Shown in pieces: positions 1 through 10,381 of a stretch of 64,000 bases of DNA; within the stretch, counting starts at the first letter, position 1; each line of letters starts with the position of its first letter. The position numbers and the translations under genes were made by a program. The notes beneath the pieces were generated by a model that did not search any database, had not been told where the DNA came from, and worked only from the letters and a program-made list of their open reading frames with translations. The stretch lies in contig CAWGAA010000001.1 in assembly GCA_963820525.1 (NCBI GenBank), positions 640,001 to 704,000 on the forward strand, given 5' to 3'. The stretch is from an uncultured Spirochaetota bacterium (GTDB taxonomy: Bacteria; Spirochaetota; Spirochaetia; SZUA-6; Fen-1364).

Positions 1-1769
1 ATCCGTAGAGGGGGAGGCAGGCAATGTTCGTCCGCATCAAGAACTCGCACGGATACAAGTACCTTCAGATCGTTGAAAGCAAGCGTGAGGGCAAAAAGGT
101 CAAACAACGTGTCCTCACCACCCTCGGCCAACTGGATGCACTCACCGCATCAGGCAAGATCGATGACCTCACCCGATCGCTGGCGAAGTTCTCCTCGATT
201 CGAACGATCATCGATGCTCACCGCGAGGGCACCATCCAAGCGCACCGCACACTGTCCATCGGTCCCGCCCTTCTCTTCGACCGATTGTGGCAGCAGTTGG
301 GGATCAAAGAGGCGATAAAGGGCCAAGTGGCCGCTCGCCCATGGCGCTTCTCCCTGGAACGGGCGATCTTCCTCACCGTGCTGCACCGCCTCTTCGATCC
401 GGGAAGCGACCGCGCGGCAGAGCGCTGGAAAGAGGATTTCCAGATCAGCGGGACAGAGGGAATCGAGCTTCATCACCTCTACCGCGCCATGGGCTGGCTG
501 GGAGAACAGAGCATCCAGCTCGGCCATGATGCGCGAAGCCTGCGATGCCGAAAGGACCTCATCGAAGAGGAGCTTTTTCGCCGTAACCGCGATCTGTTCA
601 GCGAGTTGGAGCTGGTGTTCTTCGACACCACGAGCCTGTACTTCGAGGGGCAAGGGGGAGAAAGCCTGGGACAGTACGGGCACAGCAAGGACCACAGACC
701 CGACCTGAAACAGATGGTGGTCGGCGCGGTGCTGGACGGGGCAGGGCGGCCGATCTGCTGCGAGCTGTGGCCAGGGAACCTCACCGATGTCACCTCCCTT
801 ATCCCGGTGGTCGAGCGACTGAAGAGCCGCTTCGCAATCGCTTCGGTATGCGTGGTGGCAGACCGCGGGATGATAAGCGCAGAGACGATCGAGAAACTTG
901 AAACTGATGAGCTTGGCATGTCCTACATCCTGGGAGCGCGCATGCGCAAGGACAAGACGGTACGCGATGAAGTGCTTCCTTCCTCTGAGAAGTTCCAAGT
1001 AGTCACAGGAGAGAAGAAGAAGCCTGGGGATCCCTCCCCCCTATCGGTGCGGGAGCAGTGGGTGGGGGATAGGCGTTACATCGTGTGTTACAACGAGGAT
1101 CAGGCCCGAAAGGATGCCGCGGACAGAAAGGCCATCGTGGAGTCTTTGAAAGAGAAGCTCAAAAGCGGGGACAAGAGCCTCGTGGGCAATAAGGGCTACA
1201 GGCGATACCTGAAGTCCGCTGGAAAGGAGCACTTCACCGTCGACGAGGCGAAGCTCGCGAAGGAGCAGCTGTTCGACGGCATGTGGGTGCTGCGCACCAA
1301 TACCGCGTTTGCCGCCGCGGATGTGGCACTGAAGTACAAGCAGCTGTGGATGGTGGAATCGATATTCCGTTCGGCCAAGAGTCTTCTGGAGACCCGCCCT
1401 ATCTATCACAAAGTTGACGACACCATCCGGGGGCACGTGTTCTGTAGTTTCCTCGCCTTGGTTCTTCGAAAAGAGCTGGAAACCAGACTTGAGAAGCACG
1501 GGGACAAGCTGGAGTGGGCGGATATCAATAGGGACCTTCGAGCACTGCAGGAGGTGGAAGTGGAAATGCATGGCAAAAAGCTGTATCTGCGCACCGACCT
1601 TCGCGGGGTATGCCACACGGTATTGCAGGCCGCGGGTGTCGCAGTGCCGCAGACGGTTCGCGAATAAGAGCTACCACGGAGGAAGTTGATCTGTAGTGCC
1701 AACAGAATTTCCGTGTCTTCTAATTCCTTATAGGGTAAACATTTCATTTTTCAAAGTGTCGAAGATGGG
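1..1769 (+). mobile_element. IS1634-family element (left end outside window) inserted into an IS1182 transposase gene
   Basis: Likely right end ...AGTGTCGAAGATGGG at 1769; IS1182 coding frame resumes immediately at 1770 (RENGEAVKQAFVEVL). Confidence 0.7.
24..1667 (+). CDS. IS1634-family DDE transposase
   Basis: 547 aa; N-terminal YLQIVESKREGKKVKQRVL, FFDTTSLYFEG, GHSKDHRPDLKQ, VVADRGM and VESIFRSAK motifs typical of IS1634. Confidence 0.92.
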   Translation: MFVRIKNSHGYKYLQIVESKREGKKVKQRVLTTLGQLDALTASGKIDDLTRSLAKFSSIRTIIDAHREGTIQAHRTLSIGPALLFDRLWQQLGIKEAIKGQVAARPWRFSLERAIFLTVLHRLFDPGSDRAAERWKEDFQISGTEGIELHHLYRAMGWLGEQSIQLGHDARSLRCRKDLIEEELFRRNRDLFSELELVFFDTTSLYFEGQGGESLGQYGHSKDHRPDLKQMVVGAVLDGAGRPICCELWPGNLTDVTSLIPVVERLKSRFAIASVCVVADRGMISAETIEKLETDELGMSYILGARMRKDKTVRDEVLPSSEKFQVVTGEKKKPGDPSPLSVREQWVGDRRYIVCYNEDQARKDAADRKAIVESLKEKLKSGDKSLVGNKGYRRYLKSAGKEHFTVDEAKLAKEQLFDGMWVLRTNTAFAAADVALKYKQLWMVESIFRSAKSLLETRPIYHKVDDTIRGHVFCSFLALVLRKELETRLEKHGDKLEWADINRDLRALQEVEVEMHGKKLYLRTDLRGVCHTVLQAAGVAVPQTVRE

Positions 1770-2765
1770 CGAGAGAACGGGGAGGCAGTAAAGCAGGCGT
1801 TCGTTGAAGTGCTGCGTCTGGCACGGGAGATGGGGCTGTTGCGGGTGGGCACGGTGAGCGTTGATGGAACTCATATCAAGGCCAATGCCTCTAAACACAA
1901 GAGTGTGCGCTATGATCGGGCAGGCGAGTTGGAAAAGTTGCTACGTAAAGATATAGAAGAGCTGTTGGCCCGTGCCGAGAAAAGCGACACCGAGGCGACG
2001 GGAGATGATCAAAAGCTGCCACCGGAGATCGCGCGACGCGAAGCGCTTCTGGAAAAGATGCTTTGGGCGCGTCAGGAACTTGAGAAGCGAGCCCAAAACG
2101 AGGATGTCGAGCAGGAGGAAGAAGACAAGGGTCAGGGGCCAAAGGCGGGGGGTGCAAGCCCTGGGCGACCGAAGGACTCCCAGCAGATCAACCTCAGCGA
2201 TCCTGACAGCGCCTTGATGCGCAAGAGCAAACGCGACAGCTACGAGCAGGCCTACAACGCACAAGCGGTCGTGGATGCCGAAGGCAGCCAGCTGGTACTG
2301 AGCACGGATGTGATCCGAACCCCCAGCGATGCCAACCAACTTGAGCCTGCGGTGCAAAGTGTAGACCCTTCGATCGGCATGGTTCAACGCGCTCTTGCTG
2401 ATGGTGGATATGCCAACGCCGATTCCTTTGACACTCTGCAGCAGCAGGGCGTTGAGCTATACGTGGCAATCACACGAGAAGATCATAACGAGCGTCGCTA
2501 TGATTTCCGCCCGCCTTCCTCGCGGCCCTTGAAGAAGGTCACCGATCCGCGGCTTGTGGCGATGCGCGAGAAGCTTGCACAAAAGGATGGCAAACGCATC
2601 TACGCGCGGCGGGCTTCGACGGTGGAGCCGGTATTCGGGATCATTAAAGCTGCGATGGGGTTCCGCCAGTTCCTCCTGCGGGGCCTGGATAAAGTGCATA
2701 CCGAGTGGGACTTGGTTTGTCTTGCCTACAACGTGAAACGCCTTTGGGGCTTGTCGAGAGCATGA
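1770..2765 (+). pseudogene. 3' part of IS1182-family transposase, interrupted by IS1634
   Basis: VSVDGTHIKANASK, SDPDS, YNAQ, ADGGY, VEPVFG motifs; lacks the N-terminal ~115 aa seen in the intact paralogue at 3014-4363; element end ...CCGACAGGCTC at 2895 followed by CTAG. Confidence 0.85.
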
Positions 2766-2899
2766 AGCAGTACGGTAGGATCACGGGGAGGTGGCGCAGG
2801 GCAGACGAACGCTCTCTGTCACCAACCCAGAGAGCCGCTGGCCGATCCTGGCCGCTGAACGCCCGCGCAAATCGTCGCCAAAGCCCGACAGGCTCCTAG

Positions 2900-4432
2900 G
2901 AGCCTGTCGCGAAACCGGCCCGCAAGTCTCCGTTTGTGGTAGGCGAGCGGGCCGTTTTCATGATGAGGCGCCCCCAACTCAACTTGTCATCGAGCCGGGA
3001 TTCCTTCTCTCTCCTACGCTTCGCTCAATCTCCATCCGCTTCTGAACAGCTTCAATAGGTTGTGCGTCGTACATACTACTTGCCATTCACCCCAGACGTT
3101 CTCCAGCCCACGAAGCAAGAACTGACGAAAGCCCCGCGCTTCCTTGATCTGCCCGAATACCGGCTCCACGATCTGTTTACGCTTCCCGTAGATCCGTTGC
3201 CCCCGTGCGCTCCGCACCTTGCGCCCCATCAGTTGCTTCTTGCTCAATCCGGAAGGAATGCGCCCCCTCGGAGCCGGTACACGCTCCCCATGGCGGAACT
3301 GCTCGGTAGCAATGTAGAGGTCCACTTCCTTTTCATGGGATTGCACATGCTCCCCGTTGTAGTAGCCACTGTCGGCAGTCAGACGCCGGGGAAGTTGCCC
3401 GTCGGTGTTGGCCTTGAGCTTCTCCAGCATCGGATGCAGTTGACGGCTGTCGTTGGTTTCCTGCGTGACCTCGGCGGCAACAATCACCTGGGCCTTCCCG
3501 TCGACCGCCGCCTGGCAATTGTAGGCCTGCACAAAGCTGTTGCTGGACTTGTCCAGCATGATCCGCGATTGCGGGTCGGTGAAATTGCGTTGCGCCTTCT
3601 CGGCTGGCTTTACCTCCGCCCGCCCCTTCCCACCGGCGGCCCCAGGGTCTCCCCCCTTGCGCCGAACCTCTTCCTCTGCTTTCTCTTGCGCCTCGGCTTC
3701 CAACGCTGCCTTGGCTTCCCGAATCCTGGCCAGCCTCGTCTGCCGCCGCTTCAACTCCTCGGGCAGATCCTCATCCTTGCCCCCGGGCCCCAGGCGTGCG
3801 TCCTCTTCTTCATCCTCACGCTGCGCCCGCTTCAACAGCGCCGCGATCTCATCGTTCAGCCGCTGCTCACTCTTCAGCATTCGCCCGTAGCTCATCGCTT
3901 TGTGCCTGGAGGCGTTGGCTTTCACCTTCGTGCTGTCCAGCGCCACGTGCCCCAACTTCACCAACCCCGCCCGTTGGCACAGCTTCAGCACCTGGTTGAA
4001 CAACAACCCCAACTCCTTCAAATGCCGCTTGCGGAAGCTGGCGATCGTCGCATGGTCGGGATGTTGATCCGCACTGAGTACCCGAAAGGCCACCGACTCC
4101 CAGCAGGCCTGCTCGATCTTTCGCGAACTGTATACCCCGACGCTGTAGGCATACAGAACCAAGGCCAGCATCATCCGCGGCTCGTACGGCGGACGTCCGC
4201 CTTCGCTCAATTGATAGCTTGAATAAATCGCCTCGAGGTCCAGCGTTTCCACCACGTCGCGCATGAAGTACACCAAGTGGCCGTCGGGCAGCCATTCATC
4301 CACTCGGGGTGGAAGGAGGTACGGCTGATCAGGCTGATAGGATCGAAAAGTTCCCTCTCCCATGCGGCCACTCTATCAATGGCCGGGACCTCAATTCAAT
4401 GGCTTCCCGGAAGAGGGTTTCGCGACAGGCTC
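2900..4432 (-). mobile_element. Complete IS1182-family element
   Basis: Perfect 17-bp terminal IRs GAGCCTGTCGCGAAACC (2900-2916) / GGTTTCGCGACAGGCTC (4416-4432); CTAG target duplication at 2896-2899 and 4433-4436. Confidence 0.93.
3014..4363 (-). CDS. IS1182-family transposase
   Basis: 449 aa; GRPPYEPRMM, SSRKIE, HPDHATIASFR, ALDSTKVKANAS, TDPQSRIM, ADSGY, VEPVFG. Confidence 0.93.
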   Translation of the reverse strand: MGEGTFRSYQPDQPYLLPPRVDEWLPDGHLVYFMRDVVETLDLEAIYSSYQLSEGGRPPYEPRMMLALVLYAYSVGVYSSRKIEQACWESVAFRVLSADQHPDHATIASFRKRHLKELGLLFNQVLKLCQRAGLVKLGHVALDSTKVKANASRHKAMSYGRMLKSEQRLNDEIAALLKRAQREDEEEDARLGPGGKDEDLPEELKRRQTRLARIREAKAALEAEAQEKAEEEVRRKGGDPGAAGGKGRAEVKPAEKAQRNFTDPQSRIMLDKSSNSFVQAYNCQAAVDGKAQVIVAAEVTQETNDSRQLHPMLEKLKANTDGQLPRRLTADSGYYNGEHVQSHEKEVDLYIATEQFRHGERVPAPRGRIPSGLSKKQLMGRKVRSARGQRIYGKRKQIVEPVFGQIKEARGFRQFLLRGLENVWGEWQVVCTTHNLLKLFRSGWRLSEA

Positions 4433-4435
4433 CTA

Positions 4436-4586
4436 GCCCAACGGCGGCTTTTCGAGCGTAGCGAGAAAAACGCCGTTAGGATGGGCGGAGGCCGGCCGTG
4501 GCAGGGATGCCATGCCCGCCAAAGGCGGGCACGACAATCCATTCCGCCAGGCAAACGCGCGTAGCGCGTATGCCGGAAGGCCGGCC
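4436..4586. repeat. Multi-hairpin palindromic intergenic element (REP/MITE-like or terminator)
   Basis: Several nested inverted repeats, e.g. AACGGCG/CGCCGTT, TGCCCGCC/GGCGGGCA, ACGCGC-GTA-GCGCGT, GCCGGCC/GGCCGGC. Confidence 0.45.
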
Positions 4587-4596
4587 CGCTGCGCCG

Positions 4597-5439
4597 CTAC
4601 CTCCTGGCCAGGAACAGCATCACATCCCCGAAACCCAATAGCTTTGCCAGGCGGTCGAGAGGCCTTTTCACAAGCAGGGGGGCCGCGCCCTTCGCTATCC
4701 CTCCCCAGGTCACCGTCTTTTCCACGCTGAATCCGCTCTCCTCGAGCAGCCTTCGAAGCGTCGCCTTTCCGAAGAGGGTGAGGTGATCGGCGATGGCGGA
4801 TCTCCACCGCGCCCCGAAGAGCCTTGCCTGGAGGCCGTCGATGTTCGGCGTGGTGATCACGGCCACTCCCCGGGGGGCCAGAATCCGCCTCACCTCCGCC
4901 AGCAAGCCCCGGGGATCCGGGACATGCTCGATGAGGTGGGAAAGATGCGCCACGTGGATGCTCGCCGCGGGGAGGCGCGCCTCATCCAGCGTGCCCGCGA
5001 GGATTCTCACTCCGCGGCTCTTCGCCCCCCACTCCGCCGACTCCCTGCAGAGGTCCACGCCGAGCGCTTCCCAGCCCTCGGCCTTCATTTCCTGCAGCAG
5101 CCTGCCGGTGGCGCAGCCGATATCGAGGAACTTCCTCGGATGCGGGAAGTCCGAAGCGATCCGGGCAAAGCCGATGTCGCGCAGGCCCAGCCGGATGAGG
5201 GTGAAGAAGGCCTCTTCGTTGGAAAGCTCGTAGGAGAAGTATCGGGAGTCGTAGCGCTTTCGAAGGTCGTCCGGGATCGGCTGCGGGCTCTGGTACGCCA
5301 GTGAGCAGGAGCGGCAGCGTACGAAGCTGAAGCCGGGGTCCGAAAAGAGCGGGGATGCGGCGGTGGAGCCGCACAGGGGGCAGGGAGTCTCTTGCGTTCG
5401 CTCGAGGCGTGACGGGACCGACGAGTAGGTCTTGTCCAT
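4597..5439 (-). CDS. Class I SAM-dependent methyltransferase with N-terminal Zn-ribbon
   Basis: CPLCGS...CRSC, FLDIGCATG motif I, HLIEHVPDP. Confidence 0.85.
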   Translation of the reverse strand: MDKTYSSVPSRLERTQETPCPLCGSTAASPLFSDPGFSFVRCRSCSLAYQSPQPIPDDLRKRYDSRYFSYELSNEEAFFTLIRLGLRDIGFARIASDFPHPRKFLDIGCATGRLLQEMKAEGWEALGVDLCRESAEWGAKSRGVRILAGTLDEARLPAASIHVAHLSHLIEHVPDPRGLLAEVRRILAPRGVAVITTPNIDGLQARLFGARWRSAIADHLTLFGKATLRRLLEESGFSVEKTVTWGGIAKGAAPLLVKRPLDRLAKLLGFGDVMLFLARR

Positions 5440-5452
5440 CGGAGATCTCCCC

Positions 5453-6322
5453 TCACTCCGAGATCGTAAAGAAGATCTCCTTGACGGTTTCGTTTCCCGC
5501 GAAATCGCGCGCGGCCAAAAGGAGGTGCGACTCCCCTCCCCGCAGCTCGACCGTTCCGCACCTGATGAGCCTGTCGGCGGCGAACACGTCCGAGACGCCC
5601 ACGTGCGTTCCGCAGATCACCATCCTGCCGTCCCTCACCTGTATCGAATCGAAGACGATCCTCGAGGCCTCCTTGCCGTTGAGGGCGAGCCGGATGCTGT
5701 AGGGAGCCATCGGCCAGAGGAAGCGCACGTCCTCGCGCGGATCGTAGATCTCGGCAAGGATCTCCCGCGGGCCCGGAGAGATCGTGGCGCCGCTCACGAG
5801 GGGCGTCAGGGTCTCTCCCGTTTTCAGGAGCACGCGCTTGATCACGGGAGCCTGGTGATCCGCCAGGGGCGGAAGCAGCGAGAGGGGGTTCAGGAAAGCG
5901 GCCTCCTGGATGTCGAACACCTCCAGGTGCAGGTGCCTGCCCTCGGAAAATCCCGTGTCTCCCATGATGCCCAGAGGCTGGGAAGCGGGAAATCTCGTTC
6001 GCTCCGTGGGAACGCTCCCATCCTTCAGATGACAATAGATGGACACGTACTTGTCCGTATGGCGAAGGGCCACGAAGCCGCCCACGCCTCGGGGAAGGGA
6101 GGTATAGTCGGACCCCTCGTCGTAGCGGAAGACCAGCTCCCCATCCATGATCGGCCGGACCTCCTGCTCGCCCCCGCCGATGTCGATTCCGGCGTGGAAG
6201 TGGTCTTCCCTGCTCTCGCCGAAGGTTGCCGTGACGATCTTCTTCTCCACGGGCCAGTCCACGGCGGCCAGGGGCATCGCGAGCGCGAGAAGAACCAGGG
6301 CCGGCCCATGAATGCGCGTCAC
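5453..6322 (-). CDS. M23-family metallopeptidase
   Basis: Signal peptide; FGESR..HFHAGIDI, YCHL, GDTGFSEGRHLHLE. Confidence 0.85.
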   Translation of the reverse strand: MTRIHGPALVLLALAMPLAAVDWPVEKKIVTATFGESREDHFHAGIDIGGGEQEVRPIMDGELVFRYDEGSDYTSLPRGVGGFVALRHTDKYVSIYCHLKDGSVPTERTRFPASQPLGIMGDTGFSEGRHLHLEVFDIQEAAFLNPLSLLPPLADHQAPVIKRVLLKTGETLTPLVSGATISPGPREILAEIYDPREDVRFLWPMAPYSIRLALNGKEASRIVFDSIQVRDGRMVICGTHVGVSDVFAADRLIRCGTVELRGGESHLLLAARDFAGNETVKEIFFTISE

Positions 6323-7395
6323 ATCTCCTCCAGGTCCACCCTGAGGAGCAAATGGTCGATGCCCAGGAGGATCCCGGCGCCGATTCTTCCCAGGCAGACG
6401 CTCCCCGCGGGAAAGCTCTCGTGAGAGATCACCGACGCGAACGGCTTGACGATGAGAAGCTCCCTCTGCGCCGGGGTGCCGCCGATAAACGCGGCGGCAT
6501 CCCGTTCCGGCATGAAGGAGAAAGCCTGGAGCCCTCCGGGCAGCGGGAGGGAGGAGACGGCGTGGGACGCCGGATCGTAGAGCTCGGCGGAGCCGGCTCC
6601 CTCGAAAACGAGGTACCTCCCGTCAGGGGAAAAGGCTATGCGGACCTCCCGGCGGAAATCCGAGGAAAGGGGGATCTGGGAGAGCAGGCGCGCCGATGTT
6701 CCCTGGATCTCCAGGACCATGAGGTACTGCGGATCGATGCCGGAAACCGCGGCGGCGAGCGAGCCGTCAGGGGAGATGGAGCAGCCCAGGATGACGGGGA
6801 TGCGGCTTGCCCGAAGATCGTACTCGGCGGTCACCCCGCCGTGCCTGTCGACGAGCTGGAGGGCCCCGTTGAGAAGCCCCAGAAGCAGGAAATCGGACTC
6901 GATGGAAATGCTGGTCACGAGGCAGGGGAAATCCTTTGACCACAGGACATCGCCGCTTGAGTCAAGCTCGCTCAACCCCGTGGTGTCGGTCTTCACCGTG
7001 AAAAGCCTTCCCGCATCGCGGCTCAAGAGGGGGTAGCCCTGCCCGGAGAAGGCAAACTTCTTTTCTCCCCGCCGGTCCTGGAACACCCAGGTGGTGCCGA
7101 GCCGGGAGAAATTGATGAACCCCGCGTCCGTGAGCGCCACGCGGAACAGGGGGCGAGCCGTGTAGAGGATCCTGCCGTCTCCCGTCACGTAACCGAACGT
7201 GCCGCCGAGCTGGAATGGGGCCGTCTGCCCTTCCTCGGCGCCCGCCTCCGGGCTTGAAGAGGCATCCACGGCCCAGACCGGCTTGGCAACGAGCTCCCTG
7301 CCCAGTGGATAGGGAAACAGGGCAAAGTAGAGTATGATGACGAGAACGGACAAAAGGAAAACGCGGATTGGCCTTTTTTTCCTGATACCGTTCAC
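6319..7395 (-). CDS. Membrane-anchored WD40/PQQ-like beta-propeller protein
   Basis: N-terminal TM helix, repeated ISPDG/FSPDG turns; GTG start at 7395 chosen to avoid overlap with cdd; overlaps M23 start. Confidence 0.65.
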   Translation of the reverse strand: MNGIRKKRPIRVFLLSVLVIILYFALFPYPLGRELVAKPVWAVDASSSPEAGAEEGQTAPFQLGGTFGYVTGDGRILYTARPLFRVALTDAGFINFSRLGTTWVFQDRRGEKKFAFSGQGYPLLSRDAGRLFTVKTDTTGLSELDSSGDVLWSKDFPCLVTSISIESDFLLLGLLNGALQLVDRHGGVTAEYDLRASRIPVILGCSISPDGSLAAAVSGIDPQYLMVLEIQGTSARLLSQIPLSSDFRREVRIAFSPDGRYLVFEGAGSAELYDPASHAVSSLPLPGGLQAFSFMPERDAAAFIGGTPAQRELLIVKPFASVISHESFPAGSVCLGRIGAGILLGIDHLLLRVDLEEM

Positions 7396-7457
7396 GTGAG
7401 ATCCTTCGGCGCTCCCATGGGACGCGCTCATCGTAGTCGGGGCAGGGGGGTTTGTCA

Positions 7458-7868
7458 ATGCAAGTGAACGTCGAAGATCTTGCAGCCCGCGCAAGACAGG
7501 CCGCGGATCGCACCTATTCGCCCTACTCTCTTTTCCCCGTTGGGGCGGCGCTCCTGTGCGCGGACGGCGAGGTGGTCACGGGGACGAACGTGGAGAACCG
7601 CTCCTACGGGCTTACGATCTGCGCCGAGAGGACCGCGATATTCACCGCCGTGAGCCGGGGAAAGCGCGAGTTCCAGGCCATCGCCGTCTCGTGTCCGGCG
7701 GCGGAGTACCCCGTGCCCCCCTGCGGCGCCTGCCGCCAGGTCTTGAGCGAGTTCTGCGCCCCCGAGATGCCCGTCATCTTTGCGGGAAAGGACGGAAAGC
7801 CCGTCACCATGAAGTTGGGGGATCTTTTCCCTGTGGACTCTCTGCACGAGCTCAAGAAGAAGGAGTGA
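7458..7868 (+). CDS. cdd: Cytidine deaminase
   Basis: YSPYSLFPVGAA, GTNVEN, CAER, PCGACRQ. Confidence 0.93.
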   Translation: MQVNVEDLAARARQAADRTYSPYSLFPVGAALLCADGEVVTGTNVENRSYGLTICAERTAIFTAVSRGKREFQAIAVSCPAAEYPVPPCGACRQVLSEFCAPEMPVIFAGKDGKPVTMKLGDLFPVDSLHELKKKE

Positions 7869-7883
7869 AGGAGCGCCGCTACC

Positions 7884-8681
7884 CTACTTTCTTGTTTCTT
7901 CAGCTTTCTTGATATCGTCTTCCATCTTGGCTTTCCAGATCTCGGTCTTCTTTTTCACAACGTCCGCCTGCTCGCTTTCCCCCAGCACCATGTGCAGCCT
8001 GCGCAGGGCCGCCAGGAGGTGGATGGCGAGCTTGATGTCGTCGATGCGCATCGTGGAAAGCTCGTACTTTTCGCGGTAGCGGTCGGCCGACTGCTGGAGC
8101 AGCTCCCTGACCAGGTTGAGGTGGGAGAGCCGGGCCGAATAGCCCTCGTTTCTGGGGTCCATGCCGGCGATGAGGGTCTTGAGGTTCAGGAGGTTCTTGG
8201 CCACCACGGCGTAGCGGCCTTCAAGCTCCACGAAAGACCATTTCCATTTCGAGTTGTCGCCGAACCCATCCTTTATCGAATCGATGGAGAAGCCGATCTT
8301 CCTCGCGAGGGCGTAGCGAGCGTCGTCGGAGAAGGCCTCGATGCTCGCCAGTCCCTGCTCGTAGTCGGAGAACGGCACGTCGATGCCGGATGAGACGATC
8401 TCCTCCAGAAAGATGATCGTCTTGTACAGGCACTTTCGCGCCTCATTGAGGTAGGCCTCGTTCTTCACGCCGAGGAAGGAGAGGGAAAGCGAGTTCATGA
8501 GCAGATAGTTCGCCACGAGGTTGAGGTTGTCGTCCGCCAGCGCCAGCTTCTGGTAGCCCGTCCCGGGAGATTTTGATTCCTTGACCTTCTTCTGCTTTTC
8601 GTGGATGAGATCGATGGCGGTCTTGTAGTCCTTGATGTACTCGGAGTACTTCTTTTTGGCTTCCTCGCTGGGCCTTTTCAT
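7884..8681 (-). CDS. Conserved hypothetical alpha-helical protein
   Basis: 265-aa ORF with natural composition, start overlaps recN stop. Confidence 0.75.
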   Translation of the reverse strand: MKRPSEEAKKKYSEYIKDYKTAIDLIHEKQKKVKESKSPGTGYQKLALADDNLNLVANYLLMNSLSLSFLGVKNEAYLNEARKCLYKTIIFLEEIVSSGIDVPFSDYEQGLASIEAFSDDARYALARKIGFSIDSIKDGFGDNSKWKWSFVELEGRYAVVAKNLLNLKTLIAGMDPRNEGYSARLSHLNLVRELLQQSADRYREKYELSTMRIDDIKLAIHLLAALRRLHMVLGESEQADVVKKKTEIWKAKMEDDIKKAEETRK

Positions 8682-10381
8682 CGGGCGTTTTCCTTTTCTG
8701 AACCGTACTTTTCAAGCAGCTCCCGGGCGTGCTGCAGTGAGAGGTCGCCCTTCCTGTCCCCCGCCAGCATCCTGGCGATCTCCTCCCTGCGGGCCGCGCC
8801 CGTTACCCTCTCCACGCGCGTGACGGTCCTGCCGCTGTTCGTCGCCTTCTCGATCCTGAGATGATTATCGGCACGGACGGCGATGGTGGCGAGATGCGTG
8901 ATGCACAGCACCTGCTTGTGCCGGGAGAGGGCATGCAGCCTCTCCCCGACGGAGAGGGCCACCTCTCCGCCGATTCCGACGTCCACCTCGTCGAAGATGA
9001 GGGTGCTCATGTGGTCGTTTTCTGCCAGGATCGACTTGATGGCGAGCATCACCCGGGAAAGCTCCCCTCCCGAGGCTATCGAGCGAAGCCTCTTGAAGGG
9101 CTCTCCCAGGTTGGGCGAGATCACGAATTCGATTGCATCCCTCCCCCAGGGGGTCACCACGGGGGTCCCATCCTGCTTCTGTGCGTCCTTGACCAGGACC
9201 CGGAAGCTCACCTTGGGCATGCCCAGCTCCTTGAGCTCCTCCTCGATCCTCTTCTGAAGCGCGGCGGCCGCGGCCCTCCGCTTCTGGGACAGCTCCTGGG
9301 CCATGGCGACGAGCAGGCTCTCGGTCTTTGCAATTTCAGCCTCGAGGTTCTTCTTCTCCTCTTCCCAGTTCTCCATGCCGGCAAGCTCCTGCTCGCCGGT
9401 CCGGCGGAACTCGAGGACGAGCTCGATGGTGTCCCCGTACTTCTTCTCGAGCGCCCTTATGGCGGCCAGCCGCTCCTGAACCTCCTCCAGCCTCCGGGGA
9501 TCGAACTCGGCCTTCTCCCGGTACTGGCGGACGTTCTCCGCGAAATCCTCGATCTCATAGAAGGCATCCTCCAGCTGGTGGGTGATCTTCGAGAGCCCTG
9601 GATCTATGCCGAGGATCTCGTCCATTGCGTGGCGGGCCCGGCGAAGGGAGGCCAGGGCTCCCCCTGCGCTCTCTGCCGTCGTGGAGTGCGCCTCCTCCAG
9701 CAGGGTGGAGAGCTTCTCGTGGTGTGCGAGGATTCCCAACTCCTTCTCCAGCTCCTCCTCCTCCCCCGGAGTGAGGGCGAGGGCCGTTATCTCTTTCACG
9801 GCGAAGTCCAGGATGTCCATGCGCCGGAGGCGCTCGCGCTCGTCGCTCACCAGCTTGGAAAGCCTCTCCCGAAGCGACGAGAGGGTGATGAACTGCCCGT
9901 GGAATCGGCGGGCCAGCTCCTCCGTTCCGCCGGAGCGGTCCACGAGCATGCGGTGGTTCTCCAGGTCCAGAAGCGACTGGTGCTCGTGCTGGCCGTGAAC
10001 GTCGAACATGAGGGATGAGAACTCGGCGAGGTCGGTGCGCGTGATCGGGGTGGACTGGATGTACACCGCCCCGCGGCCCGTGTTCTTCAGCACGCGCCGC
10101 ACGATCACGGTGCCGTCCTCAGGCTCGATTCCCTTGGAGGCGAGCCATTCGGCGGCCTCCCGGTTCTCCCGGACTCCCACGATCCCGGAGACTGCCGTCT
10201 CCTCGGCCCCGGATCGGATGATGGAGGTGTCCGTCTTGTCCCCCAGGAGAAGCCCCAGGGCCCCGATGAGGATCGACTTTCCCGCCCCCGTCTCGCCGGA
10301 GAGGATGTTCAGGCCCTCGGTGAAGCGCACGTCGAGCTTGTCGATGATGGCGTAGTTGTGGACGTGCAGCTCCTCAAGCAT
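8678..10381 (-). CDS. recN: DNA repair protein RecN
   Basis: MLEELHVHNYAIID start, Walker A GETGAGKS, HGQHEHQ, ASGGELSR, FDEVDVG, CITH. Confidence 0.95.
   Translation of the reverse strand: MLEELHVHNYAIIDKLDVRFTEGLNILSGETGAGKSILIGALGLLLGDKTDTSIIRSGAEETAVSGIVGVRENREAAEWLASKGIEPEDGTVIVRRVLKNTGRGAVYIQSTPITRTDLAEFSSLMFDVHGQHEHQSLLDLENHRMLVDRSGGTEELARRFHGQFITLSSLRERLSKLVSDERERLRRMDILDFAVKEITALALTPGEEEELEKELGILAHHEKLSTLLEEAHSTTAESAGGALASLRRARHAMDEILGIDPGLSKITHQLEDAFYEIEDFAENVRQYREKAEFDPRRLEEVQERLAAIRALEKKYGDTIELVLEFRRTGEQELAGMENWEEEKKNLEAEIAKTESLLVAMAQELSQKRRAAAAALQKRIEEELKELGMPKVSFRVLVKDAQKQDGTPVVTPWGRDAIEFVISPNLGEPFKRLRSIASGGELSRVMLAIKSILAENDHMSTLIFDEVDVGIGGEVALSVGERLHALSRHKQVLCITHLATIAVRADNHLRIEKATNSGRTVTRVERVTGAARREEIARMLAGDRKGDLSLQHARELLEKYGSEKENAR

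Noticed and set aside
4436..4481. GCCCAAC...GTTAGGA as an orphan attC
   Set aside because: Only 46 bp, no recognisable L boxes, and unrelated to the array's attC family.
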